This document shows positions 8,330-17,551 of a stretch of 64,000 bases of DNA, in pieces. Under the pieces are notes generated by a model. That model saw nothing but the letters and a program-made list of their open reading frames with translations, did no database searches and was not told the DNA's origin. The first letter of the stretch is position 1, and every line of letters begins with the position of its first letter. The translations under genes and the position numbers were made by a program. The DNA comes from Candidatus Latescibacterota bacterium (GTDB lineage Bacteria; Latescibacterota; UBA2968; GCA-2709665): contig CBDCOX010000002.1 of assembly GCA_965219995.1 (NCBI GenBank), forward strand, positions 2,624,001 through 2,688,000, given 5' to 3'.

Positions 8330-10407
8330 ATCGCGCGCGCGCCAGGCCTGAAGCATTCGAACCGACCCGCGACGCCGCCGCTCTGGCCGCGTCCATCCTT
8401 GGTCCCCTCGCCCTGTACGTGCTTACGATGCCGCGAACCGTTGTTCTGGAAGACGACGGTTTGTTTCTGATGGCCGGCGCGCACCTGGGCGTGGCCCATC
8501 CGCCTGGATACCCTCTTTACACGTTTATTGTCTATCTCTTCACCCTGTTGCCCTTCGGCAGCGCCGCCTTCCTCGGCCATCTGTCCAGTGCGGTGCTCGG
8601 AGCCTCCGCGTGCGGCTGTGTTTACGTCTGCGGTCGCCTGATCGGCACCTCCCCCATTCCCGCCCTGACGGCCGCCTTGCTTTTTGCCGCCTCGGAGCAT
8701 GTCTGGGCTCAGGCCATTGTCACCGAGGTCTACACGCTCAATGCGCTGTTTTTCTTCGGCATCTACGCACTGCTTTTGTATGGCGTCCGCCACCCTGACA
8801 GCGCCGGTATCTGGATCGCCGCCGCGGCCGCCTACGGATTGAGCCTGGCCAATCACGTGCCTCTTATGGTGCTGTCTGCGCCGGGGCTGGCATTGCTCGC
8901 CTTTTCCGTACGGCGGCGTCTATACAGCAAACTTCCACTGCTCCTGGCCATTCTCGTGTGCGGAGCCGCATTGCCCTATGCCTGGATGGTATGGCGGTCG
9001 CATCAGGAACCCTTGATCAATTTCTACGGCTCTATCGATTCCCTGAAGGACTTCTGGTTCTACTTCAGCAGGAAGGGGTACATCGAAGTCGATATCAGCC
9101 CCAGCGCTGGTTGGATCGACCGATTCAGGTTCATGCATTGGCTTGGCAACGAGTTTCTGTGGCAACTCACGCTGCCGGGATTCGCGCTCGCCGTACTCGG
9201 CCTGGTCGTTCTTTTGCGGAGGCGGCAGGTCGCGGTTGCTGCATCGGGACTGCTGGTCTTCCTGGCAAACAGCGTACTGCTGATCGTGCTGCTCCGCTTC
9301 GATTTCGACTATTTCCAGGTTGCGGTCTTCCGGCCCTATTCAATCTTGTGTTACGGTCTGCTGGCGTTGTGGCTGGGCATTGGATTGCAGTTTGCCTTCA
9401 ACCGGTTGAGATGGACGCCGGCCAACCGTCCTTCGCGCAAGAAGATGATTAATTCGGGTGCGACAACGCTCGCCTGCATTCTTCTGGTCGGGTGGACGGT
9501 ACGTGCGCACTGGCAGGCCAACGATAGAGCCGACGCCGTGTTCGCGGAACACTACGCTGAACTGCAGTTCGACCTCCTGCCAAGAGACGCGGTACTGTTC
9601 GTATTCGGCGACGCCACCGGCCCGACAGGCTACTACAGATATGTCGAACAGCGGCGTCCGGATGTCACGCTGTACAATCTGCAGGGACTCGTCTACGGCG
9701 ATCGCCTGTTCAACCCGTTCATGTCGACGAAGAAGAAGAATGAGGTCCTCGAACGATTCATCGATTCGAACGAACGGGCGATATTCCTGCCGCTGGACGT
9801 CGATACGTATCCCAGCCGCGAACTACGGATCTATGGCTTGCTAATGGAGGCGGCCAGGGGCGGCAAACCCGGAACGATAAAGTTGAAGCGCCATCCCCGC
9901 GGAGAGGAATTCTTCGTCCAGCTCGTCAATCAGCGTCCCACGGACCGCTGGGAGCGCGTCCGGCGAAACGAAATGTTGTTCCACTACGGGCGTTATCTGG
10001 GGTTGGCCTTTTTCACCGGAGACCCGATATTCCAACAGATGCAGGAACCGTTCCGGCTCGCGCACGAGAGCTATGCAAGCCTCATCGGGATGGCTACCGT
10101 CGTCCTTGATAACGGAAATGCCGCTCATTGGCCGCAGGTCGCCGAATGGCTGACCCGCGCGGAGGGCCTCAGGCACGAAGCACTGAAAAAGAAAACCCTT
10201 GCGGAACTGTATTTCCACAAGGGAAGACTGCTGCAGAATCAGGGACGAACGAACGCCGCCGTCGCGTCGTTCAGGAAGTCCCGGGACATTTATCCCCATC
10301 CACGGAACAAGGCGCTCAAAGCCCTGGATCAATACAAAATCGACTTCAAGCGGGTCGTTCCCGCCGGTCCAAAAACCCCGAATCCCAGTGTGCCCTCGCC
10401 CCGATAG
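8326..10407 (+). CDS. DUF2723/TMEM260-like GT-C membrane glycosyltransferase with C-terminal TPR-like region
   Basis: Signature EDDGLF...LGVAHPPGYPLY, WAQAIVTEVYTLNA and GLSLANH; many TM segments. Confidence 0.85.
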   Translation: MNRARARPEAFEPTRDAAALAASILGPLALYVLTMPRTVVLEDDGLFLMAGAHLGVAHPPGYPLYTFIVYLFTLLPFGSAAFLGHLSSAVLGASACGCVYVCGRLIGTSPIPALTAALLFAASEHVWAQAIVTEVYTLNALFFFGIYALLLYGVRHPDSAGIWIAAAAAYGLSLANHVPLMVLSAPGLALLAFSVRRRLYSKLPLLLAILVCGAALPYAWMVWRSHQEPLINFYGSIDSLKDFWFYFSRKGYIEVDISPSAGWIDRFRFMHWLGNEFLWQLTLPGFALAVLGLVVLLRRRQVAVAASGLLVFLANSVLLIVLLRFDFDYFQVAVFRPYSILCYGLLALWLGIGLQFAFNRLRWTPANRPSRKKMINSGATTLACILLVGWTVRAHWQANDRADAVFAEHYAELQFDLLPRDAVLFVFGDATGPTGYYRYVEQRRPDVTLYNLQGLVYGDRLFNPFMSTKKKNEVLERFIDSNERAIFLPLDVDTYPSRELRIYGLLMEAARGGKPGTIKLKRHPRGEEFFVQLVNQRPTDRWERVRRNEMLFHYGRYLGLAFFTGDPIFQQMQEPFRLAHESYASLIGMATVVLDNGNAAHWPQVAEWLTRAEGLRHEALKKKTLAELYFHKGRLLQNQGRTNAAVASFRKSRDIYPHPRNKALKALDQYKIDFKRVVPAGPKTPNPSVPSPR

Positions 10408-10513
10408 TCTCAGCCCCGTTCCCCCAAATTCAGCGAACCATTCCCGGGTCAGGTGCTCCGAATCGCCCGCAGGAACAATGGCGATCTGACCCACGATCAT
10501 GCCGCGAGCTACC

Positions 10514-10927
10514 TCAGCCGTGTATCTGGTCCAACTCCGGTAGCAGCCGGACGCTTTCCTGCTCGTTCGGATCTGTGCGGGCGATCACGGCGGTGCAGGT
10601 TTCGGTGTCGCTGGCGTTGTAAGGAAGATGTGGCACGCCGGGCGGGATATAGACGAAATCTCCGCTGTTGACGGACACGTGCTCCTCCAGGCTGTCTCCG
10701 TACCACATTCCCGACTTGCCGCTGATGACATAGACCGCGGTCTCGTGGTCTTCGTGCAGGTGTGCCCTGGCGCGTTCGCCGGGCGGAATCGACAGCAGGT
10801 GCATGCACAAACCGCGGGCGCCGGTGTTCTCGGCCATGACACCCTCGCGATACGTAAAGTCCTGCTTGCCGGTGAAGCGTTTCTGCGAGCGAATCAGCTT
10901 GCATGTCGGAGCGGTTGTCGACGGCAT
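10514..10927 (-). CDS. Cupin-domain protein
   Basis: AHLHEDHETAVYVISG and GDFVYIPPGVPHLPYN cupin motifs. Confidence 0.88.
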   Translation of the reverse strand: MPSTTAPTCKLIRSQKRFTGKQDFTYREGVMAENTGARGLCMHLLSIPPGERARAHLHEDHETAVYVISGKSGMWYGDSLEEHVSVNSGDFVYIPPGVPHLPYNASDTETCTAVIARTDPNEQESVRLLPELDQIHG

Positions 10928-11000
10928 GATTTCAATCTCCAGGATTCGATGGTAAATGCGAACCGATTTAGAGTCGTTTCAGAGTCTTCCGACCTCCCGT

Positions 11001-11768
11001 TCAGGTCTTCACCGCCCGACAGCAGAAAACCGGCCAGCAAAACGCGAAGTCGTCGTTGCCCGAACGGCAAATCCCGAACTCGCTCTTCACCTTCTCCGGC
11101 GCCGCGGCGAAGTCCCGATGCAAGGCTGCCGATGCCGATGCAGGCGTACCGGACCTGTCAACCCACTCTCGAAGCGTCATGTCCACCCGTGTCGCAGCGT
11201 CATGCGTGATGTCGAAACCGGTGTGGGAGACGTACCTGCGCCACTCGGACGGCGTTTGCGCCGTTGCATGCGTGGGGTCCCGCGCAACCTCCACCCGATG
11301 ATGCCAGGCCGCGACGTCCGGGTCTTCCGACGTCGTGGTGTCACAAAGAAGAAAGACGCCTCCGGGTCTCAACACCCGGTGGACCTCCGACAGAAACCTC
11401 CCGATGTCCTGAAAATGGTGGGGCGCGGTCCGGCAGGTGACCAGGTCGATCGAAGCGTCCGGATACGGAATGTCGCCGGCATCGATTTTCTCGAACCGGA
11501 CGTTTGCGATGCCGCGTTCCGCCGCGATCCTCCGGGCCTGCTCCAGCATCCCCCGCGCGATGTCCGAAGCGACAATTGTGTCACAGAACTCCGCAACCGC
11601 GAACGCGGTGAAGCCGGGACCGGTGGCGATATCCAGACCCAGCGGGTAGCGATCGAGCGATGCCCACGCCTTCATGATGCGCAGACTGTCTCCTGACGAA
11701 TGCGCCTCGCTCGCCGCGTACTTCGCCGCCTGGCGATGGAACTGCTCCCCTGCTGAATTCAATCTCAT
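11001..11768 (-). CDS. Class I SAM-dependent methyltransferase (UbiE-like fold)
   Basis: LDIATGPG, DLVTCRTAPHHF and RVLRPGG. Confidence 0.88.
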   Translation of the reverse strand: MRLNSAGEQFHRQAAKYAASEAHSSGDSLRIMKAWASLDRYPLGLDIATGPGFTAFAVAEFCDTIVASDIARGMLEQARRIAAERGIANVRFEKIDAGDIPYPDASIDLVTCRTAPHHFQDIGRFLSEVHRVLRPGGVFLLCDTTTSEDPDVAAWHHRVEVARDPTHATAQTPSEWRRYVSHTGFDITHDAATRVDMTLREWVDRSGTPASASAALHRDFAAAPEKVKSEFGICRSGNDDFAFCWPVFCCRAVKT

Positions 11769-11823
11769 TCCCGCAGTTGTACCTTGTTCCTCAGGTCAAA
11801 CCACCATAATCCGACACGGCCGC

Positions 11824-12960
11824 TCACGCCGCGCCCAGGACCTCCCGCAGGCGTCGGGCGACGACGGCAAGGTCTTCGTCCGTCAACGTGGGCACCGACA
11901 CGTGGAGCGCGTTTGCGCTTTCCCCGAGCACGATACGGGGCCGGCCGGCCTTCAATTCGGCCAGGACCTGCGACCGGGTCTTACCCACTGCATTCTCGTC
12001 GAACCGGATCAGCAGCCCGCTTCCGAGCCCGCGTCGTTCGGTTACATGCTCAACTTCGATGTCAGAAATTCCTTCCAACTTGCGGTATAGTTCGTCTGCC
12101 TTGCGCCGGTGATCGGCGAAGCGCGCGTCGTGGTCCATTTCGAACCATTCCTTCAGCGCGGTGGTGACGGCGATCACCTCCTGCCGGTCCACCTTCATCG
12201 GGCGGCCCACCGTGCGCCGTTCCTCGGTCTCGAATCCGATGAAACCCTGCGTGAAAGCCGCGTCCACCAGATCCTTCCGCCCGCACATGATCCCGGTGGA
12301 GTTGCACGCGCCGAAGTATTTCGCACCGTACCCCACCACGTCCGCGCCCATCCCCGGATACCGGCACATTTCGTCCAGCGGGAATATCCGTGAGGCAGCG
12401 TCTACGAGAACGGGCACACCATGCGCTTTTGCGATATCGATCGCGTCCACCAGCGGCACGACGCCTTCACCGCCTCCGGGCGCGACGTAGAGCAGGCCGG
12501 CCGTTCGCCCGGTCATCCCCGCCTCCAACTGGCTTCCGGTCGTGCCGTTCGCGTCTCCCACCTCCACCAGCTTTCCGCCGTACACGGTCACACAGCGTTC
12601 GTATTTGTAACGCTGCCGGGACTGAATCAGGAACTCGTCGCGCATCCCTGTGGTGTCCGGCAACCGTTCCATCTTTCCGGGGTCGTTGCCCGTCATGCAC
12701 GCCGCCGACCCCAGCGACAGCACCGAGGCGCATCCGGGCGTAACAAGGGCCGCCTCCGCCCCCAGCATCCCGGCGATCACGTCGCCCGAACGCTTCAGCA
12801 GTTCCTTCATATCCACAAAATACCGGTTCGCGTCCTGCATGGCCCGGAGCACGCCCGGAGACAGCCGCGAACCGCCCAGTACGGTCTGGCTGCCCATCGC
12901 GTTGATCACGGGGTTCACACCCAGGTCCTCGTAGATCCTGCGTCCTCTTTCGCTGTCCAT
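11824..12960 (-). CDS. SelA-like/DgaE-like PLP-dependent enzyme
   Basis: LGVNPVINAMGSQTVLGGS, VLVDAA, YGAKYFG (PLP Lys) and GRPMKV. RBS AGAGG before ATG 12960. Confidence 0.8.
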   Translation of the reverse strand: MDSERGRRIYEDLGVNPVINAMGSQTVLGGSRLSPGVLRAMQDANRYFVDMKELLKRSGDVIAGMLGAEAALVTPGCASVLSLGSAACMTGNDPGKMERLPDTTGMRDEFLIQSRQRYKYERCVTVYGGKLVEVGDANGTTGSQLEAGMTGRTAGLLYVAPGGGEGVVPLVDAIDIAKAHGVPVLVDAASRIFPLDEMCRYPGMGADVVGYGAKYFGACNSTGIMCGRKDLVDAAFTQGFIGFETEERRTVGRPMKVDRQEVIAVTTALKEWFEMDHDARFADHRRKADELYRKLEGISDIEVEHVTERRGLGSGLLIRFDENAVGKTRSQVLAELKAGRPRIVLGESANALHVSVPTLTDEDLAVVARRLREVLGAA

Positions 12961-13294
12961 ACGCACCTCTTTTACAGGAAATGTCCGACGCGCAGACTGA
13001 AGATCGGCGGCGGCATTCGGTTCCGACGCCGCCGACAAGATACCTTTGGCGATTTAATCGATCAATTTCTTTCTGACAGCAGACCATACGACAAAGGGCG
13101 ACCACAAGGGTCGCCCCGGCATTCGAAGACGCAACGGTGCGACGGTTTCACTACACAAGGCAGTTCAGCCCTGCGTCAACGTCATCACTCGCCAACGGGC
13201 TTCCAGCGCCGGCCCGTCGCGCCGACGTATTCCGCCCGCGCGCACGGTACGTGGGCGAACTCCCGGAGGAGACAACGTCGACCCGATAACGCAT

Positions 13295-13338
13295 GAAAAA
13301 CGGGGATCCCGTTCCCGATCCACCGGAAGGAATCCCCG
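13295..13338 (-). terminator. Probable intrinsic terminator after the attH-like gene
   Basis: CGGGGAT...ATCCCCG imperfect stem followed by a T-run on the minus strand. Confidence 0.5.
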
Positions 13339-13366
13339 CGCCATTCGCGCCTTCAATCGGCTCTTG

Positions 13367-14476
13367 CTATAGCCGAGGGCGGCTGCCCGTCCCGTACCCC
13401 ACGAGTTCCACGTAACCCCGCCCCATCGGCCTGCCGTCCAGGCCGGTGATTTTCACCGCGCCCTCCCAGTAGAACATGGACTTCATCAGGTCGCTGCGAT
13501 TCTCCTGGTCCGCCATCACCGGCAGGACGAGCATTCGCAATCCCTCGCCCGGCAGCGCGACCTCCCACCCCGCGGGGTAGACCGCATCCGTCCGGGGACT
13601 CTCCCACGTTGCGGTCGACCGCACGGAAAACTCATCGGGCGCCAGGTACCGCGCCTCGCCCGACGTCGGGACCAATGTCCCTCGCGAAAAATCCACGGCG
13701 CCAGTCGTATCGCGAAGCACGTACAGCATCGCTTCACGGCCGTCGTCAAGCTGCAGGCTGAACCAGTCCCATCCCGCCTGATGGGGTTCGAGTTGTTGCG
13801 ACCCGAATTCCTTGTCCATCCAGCTCTGGCCGGTTACCGCCAACCGCTCATCGGCCAGCCTGATCTCGCCGGTCGTCTCCAGGCGCGTAAAGCTGTAATA
13901 CTGGCTGGCAGACGACGGTCCCTCTCCTTTTCGGCTGTATCCGTCCGGACCCTGAAACACCAGCGGCTTTGCCGGTCGGGTCGACAGCGAAAACGCGATT
14001 CCCTGCCGGACGTCCATCATCGAAAAATCGAAACCGGACCCGTTCCAGCGCAGGGTCCAAATGCCTTCCGTACCCGCGGGTGCCCGGCTCCAGGCGATAA
14101 GCGTACCGGGATACGCGCCGAACCCGCCCAGCAGCGGCGTGACCCGGTAGATGACCTCGCTGAACAAATGCCGTCCCGCAGCCGGGTCGCCGATGGCCGC
14201 GTGGCCCATGATCAGTTCGCCGGTCGCCCATTCCGATGCCAGCGAAGGCGTGCGGGGCAACATCCCGACCCTGAAGAAGGTGAACTGGTACCCGAAACGC
14301 CGGCCGTCCGCGGACGCCAGATGCCCTGTAAAGTACCACCATTCGGTCTTGTATCCGTCTCTTGCCCAGTGATCGCGCGGGAACGCCCACGCGTAATCGG
14401 GTCGTGCCGCCTTCCACTCCCCGGCATGGACCGAGGATGCGGCGGCGAGCAGGCAAAGAGCGAGCGCGACCCTCAT
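13367..14476 (-). CDS. AttH/CrtC-like secreted lipocalin-fold protein
   Basis: Signal peptide MRVALALCLLAAASSVHA; FPRDH, TEWWYFTGHL, SWMDKEF, GWDWFSLQL, YWEGAV and GYVELVGY. Confidence 0.88.
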   Translation of the reverse strand: MRVALALCLLAAASSVHAGEWKAARPDYAWAFPRDHWARDGYKTEWWYFTGHLASADGRRFGYQFTFFRVGMLPRTPSLASEWATGELIMGHAAIGDPAAGRHLFSEVIYRVTPLLGGFGAYPGTLIAWSRAPAGTEGIWTLRWNGSGFDFSMMDVRQGIAFSLSTRPAKPLVFQGPDGYSRKGEGPSSASQYYSFTRLETTGEIRLADERLAVTGQSWMDKEFGSQQLEPHQAGWDWFSLQLDDGREAMLYVLRDTTGAVDFSRGTLVPTSGEARYLAPDEFSVRSTATWESPRTDAVYPAGWEVALPGEGLRMLVLPVMADQENRSDLMKSMFYWEGAVKITGLDGRPMGRGYVELVGYGTGSRPRL

Positions 14477-14529
14477 TCTGTTAAACCACGAGCGGGCGCG
14501 CTTGATTTTTATCGTCACAGAGGTCAACC

Positions 14530-15972
14530 CTATACCAGCCCCGCGAAGCCTTCCCGCCCTCGGCGGAAGAGTTCCCGCACGTCTTCCCGCTGCCGGTCGG
14601 TGTTGTAGCGTCCCCAGGTGTCGATCCATTTCAGCGAGTCGTCGATTCCGTTCATGAAATATCGGGCGGAATCGACTCTTTCGACGGGCGGACGGCCGCA
14701 CGAAAAATAGACCGGGCTGCTGTGGGCGTAGATGGACTGGTCGAAGCTGTCGCGACCGTCACCCCAGAGCCGCGCGGCGATCCAGCCGTCGCGATCGACC
14801 TCCACGCGGTGGCGGACGGCGCCGTTGCGTCCGCCTTCCGCATCGCTCTCGCTGTGAATCACGCGGCCGTTCATCACGATCTCCGCGCGATGAACCGGGT
14901 AGAATGACGTATAATTCGCCTCGACGTCGAGCGAACCGCCGGTGGGCAACTGAACCGTAGATCCCATCGGTTGGTCGTTGACGCGCAGGTCGACGGCGGG
15001 GCCATTGGTGATGAACGTATTGCCCGCCTTCATGCCGGCGATCCAGTTTTCGTAGGAGAATGTATCACTGGTGTTGACGTACACCCGGTTGTTGGAGCAG
15101 ACAAACCAGTCCGTACCTGTGGAGGCGGGCAGGGCGATGCCGCAGTTGAGCAGCTTGTACCAGAGATCGTATTCGGGGTCCATCCAGAAGGGATCGAACA
15201 GATTGAAGGCGTCCAGCTTCCCAAGCACCGCGGCAACCGGGGCCTCCATCCCGCGGCCGTTGTGGCACCAGATGACAATGCCGCCCTGGTCGCGGGCTTC
15301 GTCGCAGCAGAAACACAGGGGAGGGTAGTCCGGGTCGAACTGCGCGGTGAGGATGTGGCCGCGGCTCACGGGCTGGACGAGATTCCGGATGTTGAGAAAC
15401 ATCACGTGGCCGTATCCGAAGCCCCATGGCGAGTTTTCGCCGTAGTGGCGGTTCTCTTCGCCGATGTCGAGGACGTGATGGGCGGTGGTGAAGTCGTTCA
15501 TCACGCCGATGGGATATTTGTTGCTGGCGTACGGAAGTTGCCGCCTGTCCAGAACGCTGACGGCGGTCACATTATAGCCTTCGACGCTGCAGTCGATGGC
15601 CAGCCTGTCGTCGGGGCGCGTTTCCTTTTCGTCGTAGTGGATGTGGGTGTTACCGGGATACCAGTTGTTTTCCTGCGGGAAATACCACCGGTTCAGGACG
15701 ATTTCGACGTCCTTCGCCCCGTGTTCGGGCATGTCGACAACCGTGCGCAGGGGCTCGTATTCGGTTCCGCGCTCCACCAGTACGTCGGTACGGCCGCGAC
15801 CCGTCCGAACCTCGAAGGAACCGTCACTGAAGAAAAACGGCGTACCGGGGCCACGCTTGAGCACGGCGTCGCGTGGATGCGTAAAACGGCCGTCGGAAGT
15901 CAGAACGTGGACCTTGGCGTCGATTGGCTCTCCCGTCGCGCCGTCGACAATTTGCCCTCTCAAGATACCCAT
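14530..15972 (-). CDS. CehA/McbA-family (PHP-like) metallohydrolase
   Basis: WYPGNTHIH, GEENRH, YGH, WCH, LWYKLLNCG-ASTGTD, FITNGP and AHSSPVY. Confidence 0.8.
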   Translation of the reverse strand: MGILRGQIVDGATGEPIDAKVHVLTSDGRFTHPRDAVLKRGPGTPFFFSDGSFEVRTGRGRTDVLVERGTEYEPLRTVVDMPEHGAKDVEIVLNRWYFPQENNWYPGNTHIHYDEKETRPDDRLAIDCSVEGYNVTAVSVLDRRQLPYASNKYPIGVMNDFTTAHHVLDIGEENRHYGENSPWGFGYGHVMFLNIRNLVQPVSRGHILTAQFDPDYPPLCFCCDEARDQGGIVIWCHNGRGMEAPVAAVLGKLDAFNLFDPFWMDPEYDLWYKLLNCGIALPASTGTDWFVCSNNRVYVNTSDTFSYENWIAGMKAGNTFITNGPAVDLRVNDQPMGSTVQLPTGGSLDVEANYTSFYPVHRAEIVMNGRVIHSESDAEGGRNGAVRHRVEVDRDGWIAARLWGDGRDSFDQSIYAHSSPVYFSCGRPPVERVDSARYFMNGIDDSLKWIDTWGRYNTDRQREDVRELFRRGREGFAGLV

Positions 15973-16002
15973 AGTAGACTCCTGGATTGGACGTACGCCG
16001 GC

Positions 16003-17172
16003 CTACCTGCCGAAGGCGCTGGCAAAGAGCAGAAAATCGCCGAATCCGACGACGCCGTCGCCGTCGATATCATAGCCCGTATCGTAACCGACGTCGCCAA
16101 AACTCAACCCGAAATGCGCGGCGAACTGCAAAAAGTCGGCAAAGTCAACGGCGCCATTGTCATCGAAGTCCGGATTGGCGGGTTGCGGGGCGATATGCGG
16201 AGACATATTCCAGAGGACAATCGTGCCGTCCTTACCCGCACTGGCGAGAATCCTCCCGTCCGGCGAAAACAACACGGAATTAACCCAACCCGTATGCCCC
16301 CGGAGGGTGGCCTTCTCTTCTCCGCTTGCCGGATCCCACAATCGGACCGTATGGTCTTCGCCTCCGCTGGCGAGAGTACTCCCGTCCGGCGAGAACGACA
16401 GGGTCGATACCCAGCCCGTATGCCCCAGTAATGTTGCCTTCTTCCGTCCGGTGGCCACGTCCCGCAATCGAATCGAAACGTCTTTGCCGGCACTGGCGAG
16501 AACTGTCCCGTCCGGAGAGAACAACACGGTGCCAACCGCGCCCGCGTTATCCCAATACGTGGCTTTCTGCCGACCCGTGTCCGCGTCCCACAATCGAACC
16601 GAAGCGTCATTGCCGCCGCTGGCAATCGTTCGCCCATCCGGCGAAAACATCACGGCAAAAGCGCTGGGCCCGTGTTCTCCCAACCTGGCTGTTTCCCGAC
16701 GGCTGGCCACGTCCCACAAATGAACACCTCCAAGACATGCGGCGAGCGTACGTCCGTCCGGAGAAAACGTCAATTCGGAAAAAGCCCTCGCATGCCCCTC
16801 CAGCGGCTCCTTCTCCTGACCGCTGACCACGTCCCACAGTCGAACGTCTTCGTGACTGCTGGCCAGGGTTTTCCCGTCCGGCGAGAACGCCACGGAAATG
16901 ACACGCTCCGCGTGTCCCGCAAGTCTGGTCTTCTCGCGAAGCGCGGCCACGTCCCACAGTCGGATCATCGCGTCATCACCCCCGCTCGCAAGCGTTCTCC
17001 CGTCAGGCGAAAACGACACGGACGAAACCCCCCCGGTATGCCCCCGCAGCACAGCTTTCTCCTGCCCGTTGGCCGGCGATCCCCCCTCCTGCGAAAACGA
17101 AAGGGAACCCGCATACGCCGACAGGGCGCAGACAAACAAAAAGCAGAAAACAAACCTGTAGCGCTTACTCAT
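16003..17172 (-). CDS. Secreted WD40-repeat protein with C-terminal paired EF-hand/dockerin-like domain
   Basis: Signal peptide; about 7 repeats of GH...FSPDG..LASGG.D..VRLWD; C-terminus [13 protein letters not shown]...[13 protein letters not shown]. Confidence 0.9.
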   Translation of the reverse strand: MSKRYRFVFCFLFVCALSAYAGSLSFSQEGGSPANGQEKAVLRGHTGGVSSVSFSPDGRTLASGGDDAMIRLWDVAALREKTRLAGHAERVISVAFSPDGKTLASSHEDVRLWDVVSGQEKEPLEGHARAFSELTFSPDGRTLAACLGGVHLWDVASRRETARLGEHGPSAFAVMFSPDGRTIASGGNDASVRLWDADTGRQKATYWDNAGAVGTVLFSPDGTVLASAGKDVSIRLRDVATGRKKATLLGHTGWVSTLSFSPDGSTLASGGEDHTVRLWDPASGEEKATLRGHTGWVNSVLFSPDGRILASAGKDGTIVLWNMSPHIAPQPANPDFDDNGAVDFADFLQFAAHFGLSFGDVGYDTGYDIDGDGVVGFGDFLLFASAFGR

Positions 17173-17462
17173 CGGTTAACTCCTTTACGGTTTCAGATGA
17201 AGAGGTATTCACGAGCACTTCCACGCCCTCCTGGCGTCAACCCGCCTTTGAATACGACAATCTGGACAGCCATTAGATCGTCGAGAAACGACCAAAACCC
17301 ACATAATCGAACGCGGCGGCCCCTAGAATGTCGCACGATAACCGTTCCGAACCCTTCTTTGCATGTTCGTACTCATCCTAAACAAAGAAACTGGAATGGA
17401 GTCGGCCATTCAAGCCGATGTATCGAGAAAGTCTCATATGCGATCGAATCGTACATATGGTG

Positions 17463-17491
17463 TTGACAATTCGATCAACGGCGGATATATT
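17463..17491 (+). promoter_or_regulatory. Sigma70-type promoter of the R-M fusion gene, overlapped by an inverted repeat
   Basis: TTGACA-17 bp-TATATT. GTTGA-N8-TCAAC at 17462-17479 overlaps the -35. An imperfect palindrome CATATG..CATATG lies at 17435-17459. Confidence 0.65.
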
Positions 17492-17551
17492 AGAAATGGC
17501 CGCTTTGGATATTATGCGTCTGTCGGCAGATTTCATTGACGAAGGAGACAA

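Noticed and set aside
11824-12960. Calling this gene (or 47275-48390) selA
   Set aside because: Too short and lacking the SelA N-terminal domain; the motifs fit the SelA-like/DgaE group better.
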